64,000 nt of DNA from an uncultured Candidatus Poseidoniales archaeon (GTDB lineage Archaea > Thermoplasmatota > Poseidoniia > Poseidoniales > Poseidoniaceae): assembly GCA_964587885.1 (NCBI GenBank), contig CAZPME010000003.1, positions 40,996-104,995 of the forward strand. Direction: 5' to 3'. The translations under genes and the position numbers were made by a program. Positions within the stretch are counted from its first letter, which is position 1. Each line of letters opens with the position of its first letter. Below are positions 46,486 through 55,326 of the stretch, piece after piece. The notes beneath the pieces were generated by a model. The model was not told the origin of the DNA. It made no database searches and worked only from the letters and a program-made list of their open reading frames with translations.

Positions 46486-47703
46486 GTGCTCTTGCCAATC
46501 AGATTAGGACCAGCAGGCGTGCCATTATCGTGTAAAGGAAGAACTGTCGTCGAGGGTATTGATGACATTATTGCACTAGGCCTAGATACTATGGAATTAC
46601 AGACCGTTCGCATGGTCGCACCACAGCATTTTGAGCAATATTGGCAAGCCGGAGTGCTCGCTAATAAGGCGGACTTTGAGATGAATATTCATGGCCCATA
46701 TTATGCTGAATTACTCGGCGATAAAATGCAGAGGACTCGTACTTTGGCAAAATATGAAGCCGCTCTGCAAGCAGGCAAAACAATCAATGCTCGTCACATC
46801 ACATGTCACGTCGGTGGATATGGAGAATATGGCCGTGGAACCGAAGCAAACGAGCAAGTCGCCAATGTATTTGCTGGAATCGTTGAGCGAGCCGGAGAAT
46901 TGTGGAATGATGATGAAGAATATCCGGTCTTCCCATGGCTCGCTGAGGGTACACCGATGAAGGTTGGAGTTGAGACCAGCGGCAGTCAGGAACTTTGGGG
47001 CTCCCTTGAGGAAGTTCTCGAAGTAGTAAATCACGTTGAAGGTACAATTCCAGTATTGAATATCGCTCACATTCATTCTCGCGGCCATGGTTGTATGCGA
47101 ACCTCGGAAGATTATGGCGAAATGTTTGACGAAGTTAGAAATGCAATCGGCACCAAAGAATTCTATTGCCACTTCTCGGGTATATCTCACCGCACCGGAA
47201 ATGCTCTGCATTATACCCAAATCAAGAAAAGCGACCTCAATTTTGAGCCATTAGCAGAGTTCCTTATCGAAGATGGTGATTGGCTAGATGTAACTATCAT
47301 TTCCGATTCTCCATTGCTTGAGCACGATGCTATGTACATGTATCAACAACTTGAGAAGAGCAGGCACCGACAACTTGAGCGCAAGGCCTTAGAAGAGCGC
47401 CGGCGTGTTTTGGCGGCCTCGGCTGGACTTTCTGAAGAGGAATTAGCAGCCCGTGAGAAGGAGCAGGAACTCGCTAGTAAGGCAGCTCAAGATGCTTCAG
47501 CAAAGGCCAAACTAGATGCCGCTACAGCCAGCAATGAAGCCGCTCAAGAAGCCGAAAAGAAAGAAGGCACTGGCGATTCTAAGAAGCCGACAAAGGCAAG
47601 TAAAGCGAAACCCAAGAAGGGTGATGACAAAGATGCAGAGGATAAAAAATCCGATACTGATGTCTTTGAAGACATCACCGACGAAGATGATGACCTCTTC
47701 TGA
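46486..47703 (+). CDS. nfo: Endonuclease IV-like TIM-barrel (AP endonuclease family 2) with charged C-terminal tail
   Basis: RLGPAGVPLSCK, IHGPYY, ITCHVG, ETSG, AHIHSR, CHFSGI, SDSPLLEHDA; SD GAGGGGG before GTG 46486 or TTG 46492. Confidence 0.78.
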   Translation: MLLPIRLGPAGVPLSCKGRTVVEGIDDIIALGLDTMELQTVRMVAPQHFEQYWQAGVLANKADFEMNIHGPYYAELLGDKMQRTRTLAKYEAALQAGKTINARHITCHVGGYGEYGRGTEANEQVANVFAGIVERAGELWNDDEEYPVFPWLAEGTPMKVGVETSGSQELWGSLEEVLEVVNHVEGTIPVLNIAHIHSRGHGCMRTSEDYGEMFDEVRNAIGTKEFYCHFSGISHRTGNALHYTQIKKSDLNFEPLAEFLIEDGDWLDVTIISDSPLLEHDAMYMYQQLEKSRHRQLERKALEERRRVLAASAGLSEEELAAREKEQELASKAAQDASAKAKLDAATASNEAAQEAEKKEGTGDSKKPTKASKAKPKKGDDKDAEDKKSDTDVFEDITDEDDDLF

Positions 47704-47770
47704 GGAGATGATTCTCCGGAATTATTGACGCAAGGCTTGAAATGTTGAGCGGATTCGGTTGGCTTTAGAG

Positions 47771-47843
47771 GGGACAGTAACTCAGCAGGGAGAGTGCCAG
47801 ACTGAAGATCTGGAAGTCGCCAGTTCGAGCCTGGCCTGTCCCA
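47771..47843 (+). tRNA. tRNA-Phe(GAA)
   Basis: GGGACAG/CTGTCCC-A acceptor stem, anticodon arm CCAGA-CT-GAA-GA-TCTGG, T-arm GCCAG-TTCGAGC-CTGGC. Confidence 0.95.
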
Positions 47844-47851
47844 CTCTCTAC

Positions 47852-48676
47852 TTATTCAATAGAATCAAGAGTTGATTTTTGGATTTGTTGAATTTGAGCG
47901 AGGCCAATCTCCGCCATATCAATCATTGAATTGAGTTGTTCTCGCGTGAATGTCGATTCCTCACCAGTTCCCTGTACTTCGACTAAAGTGCCATCATTGA
48001 GCATGACAATATTTAGGTCGACATCAGCATTGCTATCAAGTAAATAATCTAAGTCAAGATAGGTTTCACCATCTATCAAACCTACACTCAATGCAGATAC
48101 ATCGTTTGGAATAACCATCGCCTCATGTGCAGCCTGCTGTTCAGGAGTTAACTGAGGGGGAGTCCAACCTGCCTTGCGTTCCTCAAAGGTTGGTCTGAGA
48201 TCTTCGGGCAAGCAATCTCCACTGGCGATTAGCCGACGAACCGCCAATCGCATGGCAATAGCGGCAGCTGTGATTGAAGCACAGCGTGTACCACCATCGG
48301 CGTTGAGAATGTCACAATCGACATTCAATGCAAGAGGACCCAATTGTTGCAAATCTATGCTGCCGCGCAATGAGCGAGCTACTAAACGTTCAATTTCTGC
48401 GGTTCGCCCTTTCGGGCCACGACGTTCACGGCGGAAACGACTATTGGTAGAACCGGGTAATAGACTGTATTCTGAATTCACCCATCCTTTGGTAGCATCG
48501 CGTGGGAACCAACTCGGCAAGCGAGATTCTTTGGTAGCACAAGCGAGTACAACGGTTTCACCTTGGCGATATAGTACCGAGGCCAAGGCATTGTTAGTAA
48601 AATCTAATTCTACGCTAATTTCACGCATTTGGTCTTTGGCTCGGCTTGGTTCAAATTCAGTCTTGCTCTTGCCCAT
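47852..48676 (-). CDS. rph: Ribonuclease PH, bacterial type
   Basis: GWVNSEYSLLPGST..R..RE, GRTAEIERLVARSLR, VDCDILNADGGTRCASIT, LDLDY..DSNADVDLNIVM, VEVQGTGEE. Confidence 0.88.
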   Translation of the reverse strand: MGKSKTEFEPSRAKDQMREISVELDFTNNALASVLYRQGETVVLACATKESRLPSWFPRDATKGWVNSEYSLLPGSTNSRFRRERRGPKGRTAEIERLVARSLRGSIDLQQLGPLALNVDCDILNADGGTRCASITAAAIAMRLAVRRLIASGDCLPEDLRPTFEERKAGWTPPQLTPEQQAAHEAMVIPNDVSALSVGLIDGETYLDLDYLLDSNADVDLNIVMLNDGTLVEVQGTGEESTFTREQLNSMIDMAEIGLAQIQQIQKSTLDSIE

Positions 48677-48745
48677 AATTCACGGTGAAGGTGGACTCTT
48701 CTTCAATTATTCTGCCCTCCAACAGCAAGACTATACAGGCACAGG

Positions 48746-48751
48746 TTCAAG
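48746..48751 (+). promoter_or_regulatory. Putative degenerate TATA box (TTCAAG) for a leaderless thiolase transcript
   Basis: Located -28..-23 from ATG 48774; the same spacing recurs at many other genes in the window. Confidence 0.5.
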
Positions 48752-48773
48752 TCGTATACTCAAGTCGAAGTTC

Positions 48774-49964
48774 ATGGCTGATTCAGAGGTAGTAATCTGT
48801 GCTGTCGCCCGAACCCCAATCGGTAGGTTTCGAGGAGCACTACGAGAATACAGCGCAATAGAACTCGGCGTGATGGCGGTCAAGGAATTACTTGAGCGAG
48901 CGAGCATCGACCCTGCCAGTGGAATAATCGATGAAGTCCTCTTTGGCCAAGTACTCCAAGCAGGTTCTGGTCAAGCGCCTGCACGACAAGTGGCACTCGG
49001 TGCTGGATTACCCGATAGCATACCTGCAACTACCATCAACAAGGTGTGCGGGTCGGGACTGAAGACGGTAATGCTAGCCGCAAATAGCATCCGCGCCGGC
49101 GAATATAAGGTAATAGTCTGCGGGGGAATGGAATCGATGACCAATGCTCCACATTTGGTATGGGGGCCAAAGCGCGGCGAGGATGTAGCATACGGCGAAC
49201 TCGCTCATTCAATGATTCACGACGGTCTATGGGATGTCTACAATGATGAACACATGGGAATGACTGGTGAGACCGTGGCCAGCGAGTTTGAAATTGAACG
49301 CTCTACCAGTGACGAATTTGCCGCTCGCTCTCATCACTTGGCTCAACAAGCTTGGGATAGTGGCTGGATGGAATGGGAATCATTTCCGGTCGCCGGCATT
49401 GATAGAGAAGGCAATCCAATTACATTAACTCAAGACGAAGGAATCCGTGCTCAAACCTCACTTGAAAGTTTGAGTGAACTCAAACCTGCATTTACTGAAA
49501 CCGGACAAGTTACCGCCGGAAATGCCAGTCAATTATCGGATGGTGCTGCGGCTCTATTGGTCGCCAGTGCAACGACTGCCAAGAAAAACGGCTGGCCCAT
49601 TTTGGCAACAGTTGTCGACCAATTCACTTCCGGACTTGAACCTGCACGAGTGATGGCTGCACCTGTACCTGCAGTCGAAGCACTACTTACCCGAAATTCA
49701 CTTCATGTGGATGACCTTGTCTACATTGAACACAATGAAGCCTTCGCGGTCGCATCATGTGCGGTCGCCAAAGGAGTGGGTATATCCGATGAAAAATTCA
49801 ATCCTCATGGTGGAGCAGTGGCGATTGGTCACCCACTTGGGGCAACTGGGGCTCGTTGCTTGATGACTTTAATCAGTGCAATTACAAGGAAGGGTGGTGG
49901 CAAAGGAATCGTAACCCTCTGTTTGGGTGGCGGTAATGCTGTTGCCATGCTCATCAAAATTTAA
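48774..49964 (+). CDS. Acetyl-CoA C-acyltransferase (thiolase)
   Basis: RTPIG, NKVCGSG, GGMESM, TAGNASQLSDGAA, NEAFA, GHPLGATG, LCLGGG. True start ATG 48774; the upstream part of the track ORF is antisense to rph. Confidence 0.93.
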   Translation: MADSEVVICAVARTPIGRFRGALREYSAIELGVMAVKELLERASIDPASGIIDEVLFGQVLQAGSGQAPARQVALGAGLPDSIPATTINKVCGSGLKTVMLAANSIRAGEYKVIVCGGMESMTNAPHLVWGPKRGEDVAYGELAHSMIHDGLWDVYNDEHMGMTGETVASEFEIERSTSDEFAARSHHLAQQAWDSGWMEWESFPVAGIDREGNPITLTQDEGIRAQTSLESLSELKPAFTETGQVTAGNASQLSDGAAALLVASATTAKKNGWPILATVVDQFTSGLEPARVMAAPVPAVEALLTRNSLHVDDLVYIEHNEAFAVASCAVAKGVGISDEKFNPHGGAVAIGHPLGATGARCLMTLISAITRKGGGKGIVTLCLGGGNAVAMLIKI

Positions 49965-50600
49965 TCACAATAATACTGTACCATGTGAACTATCGTGTAC
50001 TCGGAAAACTTCATGGGTAGAATAACCACCATTGATATGAAACCAAAGGTTTCCTTCAACTCCTTGATTCTGAAGGAATGATGGTCGACAATTGGTGGCC
50101 AACATATTATTAGGGTCACCATCAAGGCGAATAAAGTAACTTTGTCCCGGTTCAAGAGTGGCTGTATTTCCTGATGTAGGATCGGCAGAAATCTCCCAAA
50201 TATCAAGTCCGCCGTATCCATATGTGCCAGGATTAGTGCCTCCGGTAGTGGGGTCTGCGATGGGGGTGGAAAAATATCGGAAAACACCAGTATTACTAAT
50301 ACAATAAAATTGAACTTCGACTTCTGTAGGTGAAATTGAAGTCCCTGCTGGATGATATTTTATCATTATCAAATAATCATCTACACTATCGCCAATCCAA
50401 ATTTTCTCTACGATGATTTTGCTTGAGCCGTCTTTGTCCGAATCAGCACTAGTCTTCTGGGTTTGCTGAGAAATTTGTTCTGTCAACATGACAATTGTCG
50501 AGCCGATCAAAACTGCCAATATTACTACTGCAACAAAAACGATCATTGCCCCTAGGCCAATCGCTCCAGAATCTTCAACACGTATTTTTCTGCCACGCAT
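49965..50600 (-). CDS. Archaellin/type IV pilin-like protein (class III signal peptide)
   Basis: MRGRKIRVEDSG/AIGLGAMIVFVAVVILAVLIGSTIV resembles the archaellin N-terminal helix GIGTLIVFIAMVLVAA. Confidence 0.75.
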   Translation of the reverse strand: MRGRKIRVEDSGAIGLGAMIVFVAVVILAVLIGSTIVMLTEQISQQTQKTSADSDKDGSSKIIVEKIWIGDSVDDYLIMIKYHPAGTSISPTEVEVQFYCISNTGVFRYFSTPIADPTTGGTNPGTYGYGGLDIWEISADPTSGNTATLEPGQSYFIRLDGDPNNMLATNCRPSFLQNQGVEGNLWFHINGGYSTHEVFRVHDSSHGTVLL

Positions 50601-51197
50601 TTACATCAAATCCTGATTTGCCGATGGGTTCGGACCATAATCTATTACTTTGGTAATCGTATTGGAACCATCTACTGAGATAAGAAGAAAATGAGTTTCG
50701 CTAGGTTCAACATCACAATTATTTAAATTTAAGATCAAATAATATACCTTGTCATTTTCAATTATTGAGACTGCTGCTGCAGTAGCGCCATCACCATCGA
50801 GTTCAGTTACATCTGAAAAATCACCTCTATCAAAATAAAATCCATGATCATTGGAGTTGGCATCTAATGCTGGACAAGCCACTACCCACGAAACGGATGT
50901 ATCAGAAACAATGTTTTGTAAATACGGAAAATCTACATTCAACATCAATGAATCTGTAGCCACATTGGTTGGGTCATAGTCGATTACTTCTAATCTAATA
51001 ATCTGTGCCATTGCTCCTGTATTTGCTGTTGAACGTTCGGATGTTGTTTCTTTATTATCAAACGCAACTTCAGCAATGCGCACGATAATGCTAGAAATGA
51101 CCGCTGCCGCTATCATGATGGCGATGAACATTACTAATGACCCAGTCCCAAATTCGGCCTTTTCATCCCTTGTAATTGAGGTACAAGGCTTCATCAT
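50601..51197 (-). CDS. Archaellin/type IV pilin-like protein (class III signal peptide)
   Basis: RDEKA/EFGTGSLVMFIAIMIAAAVISSIIV; abuts its paralog (TAA-ATG). Confidence 0.75.
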   Translation of the reverse strand: MMKPCTSITRDEKAEFGTGSLVMFIAIMIAAAVISSIIVRIAEVAFDNKETTSERSTANTGAMAQIIRLEVIDYDPTNVATDSLMLNVDFPYLQNIVSDTSVSWVVACPALDANSNDHGFYFDRGDFSDVTELDGDGATAAAVSIIENDKVYYLILNLNNCDVEPSETHFLLISVDGSNTITKVIDYGPNPSANQDLM

Positions 51198-51227
51198 AGA
51201 TAGTCCATGAGTGGTCTAGTTCAATAA

Positions 51228-53378
51228 TCATTCTTCTTCGCGAGCATGCATTTCGATTAGTCCATGGTCGGCAATCATTTCCGAATTACCAGGAATTACG
51301 GGAACAATGTCATCGATACGCAAACCGGTAGTGGTGCTAATTTTTCTCGCCATTGCTTCTCTCTTAACTCTCCCTGGGCCAATTTCAGCCCAACGCAAAC
51401 ACAGCGATTCAACTAACTTAGGCACCCCTGCTAATAGCAATGGAATACCATTGATGCTGACTAATCCTAGACCTAGCCGTAAACGCAAATCCTTGTGCCA
51501 ATTTCTCTGGCCTCGCACGATAAAGGCTCCTTTGGCAACATATTCTCCGGTCTCGGCCTGCTTACTTACTTGACTTGGGCGCACCCAAAATGCAGTTCCA
51601 GCACCCCCACCACCATTCCATCCCCGACTCCAACAGAGCGCCATCGTCGCTGCTTGGAGGGCGGAAGCGTCACTGAAATTTGCCACCTCAATATTGTCAC
51701 TGAGTTTGAATGCAGGAATACCAGGTGGTAGATTTACTGGTGGGTGTGGGTCGGCAATGAATCCCTGCTGAAATTTCACCGCACAGGAAGGGGCTCCATG
51801 CAAGTCGGCGTGAAAGTAACGGTCATCGCCTTTGAGATGCTTTTTGACAACGGAATCATTACCTTTTGCATCTCGACCACCAATCATCAAATGCATTCCA
51901 TCGACAATAGTCCAACGATGATTTTCAAACCAAAGTCGTTTAGTCCGTTTCACACTAACGACTTGCCCACTTTTCTCAAGTTTAGATTCCTTTTTCTTGG
52001 CTCTTGCCAACATGGCTTCGGTATCAGCAACTGCCGTTTTAGCACCTTTGCTCTTTTCTTTGTGCTTACTGGCAATTTCAAAATATCTCTGAGCATTTTG
52101 ATGAACGCTCATTTCAATAAATAAAGTGACCTTCATCCCCTTTGCCTCACCTTGGTCATCGGGCAATATCGCCACGATAGAACCCTCGGCTGAGTTACCA
52201 GATTCAATCCAAGGAATTTCCTTAAAACGGCGCTTGGTTTCAGCCCATCCTGCGCTTGAAACCGCGCTATTCACTTGGCTAAGAATATCTTGAATATGAG
52301 TCCAATTATTTTGAATTGCGTGGCCAATTTTTTGTTGCTTTTCGACTTTTTCTGCGAAACCATCTAACGAAGATTCTTGTTGCTTTAGACGTCGTTCAAG
52401 TTTTTCTGCATCACTACTAGGAGAATGTCCAGACACCGTCTTTGATGCTTCACTTTGACGCCGTGAAAGAGCCCCAGCATCGTGATGGCCCTTCCAAGCA
52501 TCGACCGCATCGACAAAACGTGGATACGCAATTTGATGTAAGCCCAAATGTGCTGGCATTAACACAGGTGTCGCTTCAATAGCATGGGTAGCAACCTCTA
52601 TCTCATCATCACTAGAAAGTGCGGAATAATCATCATCAAGAATCAACCACCCCCCCTCATCCGTATTCTCCGTGATGGCTAACTGAGACAATAAATCGGA
52701 TAGTGCTGCTGCAATATTGCCTAACGCCTCATTATTTTGAGCCAATTCTTTAGCCTCCATATCAGCGCTGATTCCAGTCGAATGAAGGACTGCGTTAGCC
52801 AATGGCCCACCCATACTGGCTCGGCCTGCCAATGTCCTGACGACATTGCGGTCTGATTGAGAAAGTAAGTTCCCAAGTTTTTCAGCATCCAAGTCATGAA
52901 GATCTAGGGCTTCAGGTGGGAAGAGATAGGGTTCTCCTTTTTTCAGGACTCGTGCAGAATATTTTGCGTGAGTCAATGGTTGGATAATCGTAAAGGTAGA
53001 ATCAGTCAAGATTACATTTCCATCGCGGAAGCATTCTATTATCACATGCTTAGGACCATCTTTACTGTCTAAATCCAAAGTGATTATTCGGTCGAATCCA
53101 TGTTGAGAAATTCCAGTTAATCGAGCATTACTCAGATGCTTGCGTAATAACATCGCAAATGGTGATGGTTGAGTCGGCATCGGGCGTTCACGCTGAGATA
53201 GATAGACTCGCTTTCCGCGTACGATAACAATATCCTGCTGGGGAGAATCACGGGGTTTCACTCGTAGGACCAATTGCTCATGATGTGGCTGGTAGATTTT
53301 CTTACAATGCGCACCCTGTAACTGCGACATTTCAGCAACGATGCGACGGAGGTCAAATCCCGACATCTCGTCTCGCAT
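51228..53378 (-). CDS. rqcH: Ribosome quality-control protein Rqc2/NEMF (NFACT)
   Basis: MSGFDL, PSPFAMLLRKHL, GFDRII, GNVIL, QNAQRYFE..K, WFE, IGGRDAKGND..VKK, FHADLHGAP, QVSKQAETGEYVAKGAFIVRGQRN. Confidence 0.9.
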   Translation of the reverse strand: MRDEMSGFDLRRIVAEMSQLQGAHCKKIYQPHHEQLVLRVKPRDSPQQDIVIVRGKRVYLSQRERPMPTQPSPFAMLLRKHLSNARLTGISQHGFDRIITLDLDSKDGPKHVIIECFRDGNVILTDSTFTIIQPLTHAKYSARVLKKGEPYLFPPEALDLHDLDAEKLGNLLSQSDRNVVRTLAGRASMGGPLANAVLHSTGISADMEAKELAQNNEALGNIAAALSDLLSQLAITENTDEGGWLILDDDYSALSSDDEIEVATHAIEATPVLMPAHLGLHQIAYPRFVDAVDAWKGHHDAGALSRRQSEASKTVSGHSPSSDAEKLERRLKQQESSLDGFAEKVEKQQKIGHAIQNNWTHIQDILSQVNSAVSSAGWAETKRRFKEIPWIESGNSAEGSIVAILPDDQGEAKGMKVTLFIEMSVHQNAQRYFEIASKHKEKSKGAKTAVADTEAMLARAKKKESKLEKSGQVVSVKRTKRLWFENHRWTIVDGMHLMIGGRDAKGNDSVVKKHLKGDDRYFHADLHGAPSCAVKFQQGFIADPHPPVNLPPGIPAFKLSDNIEVANFSDASALQAATMALCWSRGWNGGGGAGTAFWVRPSQVSKQAETGEYVAKGAFIVRGQRNWHKDLRLRLGLGLVSINGIPLLLAGVPKLVESLCLRWAEIGPGRVKREAMARKISTTTGLRIDDIVPVIPGNSEMIADHGLIEMHAREEE

Positions 53379-53440
53379 CTTCGCACCTACCTTGATGTGA
53401 AACCATGTTGCTCAAGAGACCATCGCTTGCTAATTCACTA

Positions 53441-54964
53441 TTAGCAACAATACCAGCCACTTACCCCGTTCTCGACTTTACCTGCGCGATGATGCGACAA
53501 TAAATGCGATAGAGTCTGTTGTTGCGCCAATATCGGGTTGGCTTCTGGCGAATCATCATAGGCGATTGTGGCGATTTCGTCAAGAGATGTAATTCCGGAT
53601 TTTACCGCCTCAAGCACCTTCTCATGGCGTAACATACGGTGAGATATGTAATGCTCAAGGGTCGTCTGTGGTAGCGGTAAAATGACACCATGGCTAGGAA
53701 ACATTAGGTGAGGTTGCAAACTTTTTAGCCGCCCTAACTGCTCAAGATAATCTTCCATACTACCCTCTTGTGGCGGAATGAGAATAGTACCGATTCCAGC
53801 AACCATATCTCCTGCAACTAATCCAGCCTTGCTGAGCAAACATATGTGCCCGTCACAATGACCAGGGGTAACTAATACTTGCCACTCTATATCTCCTTCA
53901 GGACTGGCCAAAGTAATCGTATCTCCATCGACCAATATCCTGTCAATTCTACCACTGATTGCTGCGGCGGTCTCACTACTCGCCATTATTGGAAATGGCC
54001 CCAATTTCTGTAATTCACCTATATCGCCAACATGGTCAAGATGTCTATGAGTGAAAAGAAGACCGACAATCCTACCCCCCTGTAACTCTATTCGAGTGAT
54101 TGCTCGAGAAATTTTCTCCAGCCCTATACGGGTTCGGGCCGCAGCATCGACAATAATGTGGTCTCCACCCGCACCGATAATGTAGGTATTAGTCGTTGAA
54201 GCTGGCGGCAAGGTATGGGTCGGCACTGGCACGCATTCAACTCCATGAGCAAATAGAATGCTACGCTCAGAGGTATTATTGGAAATATCCTCAATCGTCT
54301 TCGACATATCTCCAGAGTGAATTTCTAGTCCTTGCTGTAATTCCTGAAGAATTGTGATGATCGGCGGAGGGATTTTGATTGCGTGTTGGCGCCATTCGGC
54401 AAGAAAATTACTCGGCCTATCCCAGCGGTATGCATCAAATTCGGTCTGTCCTGATAGAATAGGCTCTGGAACATTTGCACCAGCATGAAAATGCATGAAG
54501 CGATTAGCAAAACGCATTGGAGAGAAATTAGGGGTCGTACGCATACAAATCGTATTAATCGCACTACTACAGGGTAAATTCCCGGCTGTATTTTCTTCGA
54601 ACCAACCTTCCTTGGCCTGTAAAACCCTATCACGTGAAGAGTCATTGGCCATCTCAAGTTTTCCCGAATTAATCACAAATCCTAATTCCTCACATAATTC
54701 ACGTTGCATTCCAATGAGACTTGCAGCCAAGTCTCGGTCACTCATTTCAGGAAATATTTCATCAGCAGCTGCTCTATCGACTCGACTAATTCCTCCACCC
54801 GAAAAGGCCCAGTAGCCTGGAAAGGCAGGCAATTCCTCCACTCTATGGCAAAGCAATACCTCAAGGCCATTGGGTGAGTCACGAGTCAGCATCAATGAAG
54901 CCGACGGACGGACTGGTCGAGAGTTAGTAGCCGCAACTTCCAGCCCCTCTGGTACTTCGCTCAT
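53441..54964 (-). CDS. Nudix hydrolase-metallo-beta-lactamase (LACTB2-like) fusion with C-terminal winged-helix
   Basis: RPSASLML, FSGG...RELCEELG Nudix box; TLPPASTTN, THRHLDHVG, TPGHCDGH, AGDM, PSHG, YISHR..R. Confidence 0.85.
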   Translation of the reverse strand: MSEVPEGLEVAATNSRPVRPSASLMLTRDSPNGLEVLLCHRVEELPAFPGYWAFSGGGISRVDRAAADEIFPEMSDRDLAASLIGMQRELCEELGFVINSGKLEMANDSSRDRVLQAKEGWFEENTAGNLPCSSAINTICMRTTPNFSPMRFANRFMHFHAGANVPEPILSGQTEFDAYRWDRPSNFLAEWRQHAIKIPPPIITILQELQQGLEIHSGDMSKTIEDISNNTSERSILFAHGVECVPVPTHTLPPASTTNTYIIGAGGDHIIVDAAARTRIGLEKISRAITRIELQGGRIVGLLFTHRHLDHVGDIGELQKLGPFPIMASSETAAAISGRIDRILVDGDTITLASPEGDIEWQVLVTPGHCDGHICLLSKAGLVAGDMVAGIGTILIPPQEGSMEDYLEQLGRLKSLQPHLMFPSHGVILPLPQTTLEHYISHRMLRHEKVLEAVKSGITSLDEIATIAYDDSPEANPILAQQQTLSHLLSHHRAGKVENGVSGWYCC

Positions 54965-54987
54965 ATCGACTGCTCAGGGGCAAAGGG

Positions 54988-54994
54988 CTTCAAG
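54988..54994. promoter_or_regulatory. Putative bidirectional TATA-like box CTTCAAG/CTTGAAG between divergent genes
   Basis: -28 from ATG 55017 (+) and about -24..-30 from ATG 54964 (-). Confidence 0.45.
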
Positions 54995-55016
54995 GCTATG
55001 GAGATGATGGCCTGCT

Positions 55017-55175
55017 ATGAGCCGAGATGACCCACTTGGTCCGTTGCAGGAACACATGGATGAAATCGCTCAACAACGAGCCTCAAGGCAAGCAAGAATG
55101 AGATTGACCTTAGGTTGGTTCATGACCTTATTGATGCTTGGTTGGGTATCGAAATATGCCTATGGCTTTGTCTAA
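55017..55175 (+). CDS. Small hypothetical membrane protein (52 aa), absent from the ORF track
   Basis: MSRDDPLGPLQEHMDEIAQQRASRQARMRLTLGWFMTLLMLGWVSKYAYGFV*; TTCAAG box at -28..-23; fills the gap between the Nudix-MBL gene and tRNA-Gln. Confidence 0.65.
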   Translation: MSRDDPLGPLQEHMDEIAQQRASRQARMRLTLGWFMTLLMLGWVSKYAYGFV

Positions 55176-55221
55176 GCATCCACATTGTATTGAAATATGG
55201 TTAGTGGTTAGGACGGTCGAT

Positions 55222-55297
55222 AGTCCCTTAGTGTAGCGGTCCATCATGGGGGGTTCTGGTCCCCCCGACCACGGTTCGAATCCGTGAGGGACTACCA
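55222..55297 (+). tRNA. tRNA-Gln(CTG), CCA encoded
   Basis: AGTCCCT/AGGGACT-A-CCA acceptor, anticodon arm GGGGG-TT-CTG-GT-CCCCC, T-arm CACGG-TTCGAAT-CCGTG. Confidence 0.95.
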
Positions 55298-55326
55298 CCG
55301 CATTGGGACTTTGACTGCAAATAAGT

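Noticed and set aside
48174-48773. 200-aa N-terminal extension of thiolase in the ORF track
   Set aside because: It is mostly the antisense shadow of rph. Thiolase homology starts at ATG 48774, which has its own TATA-like box.
316-55297. tRNA-anchored integrated element or prophage
   Set aside because: No integrase or phage genes, and no duplicated tRNA 3' ends were noticed near any of the three tRNAs.
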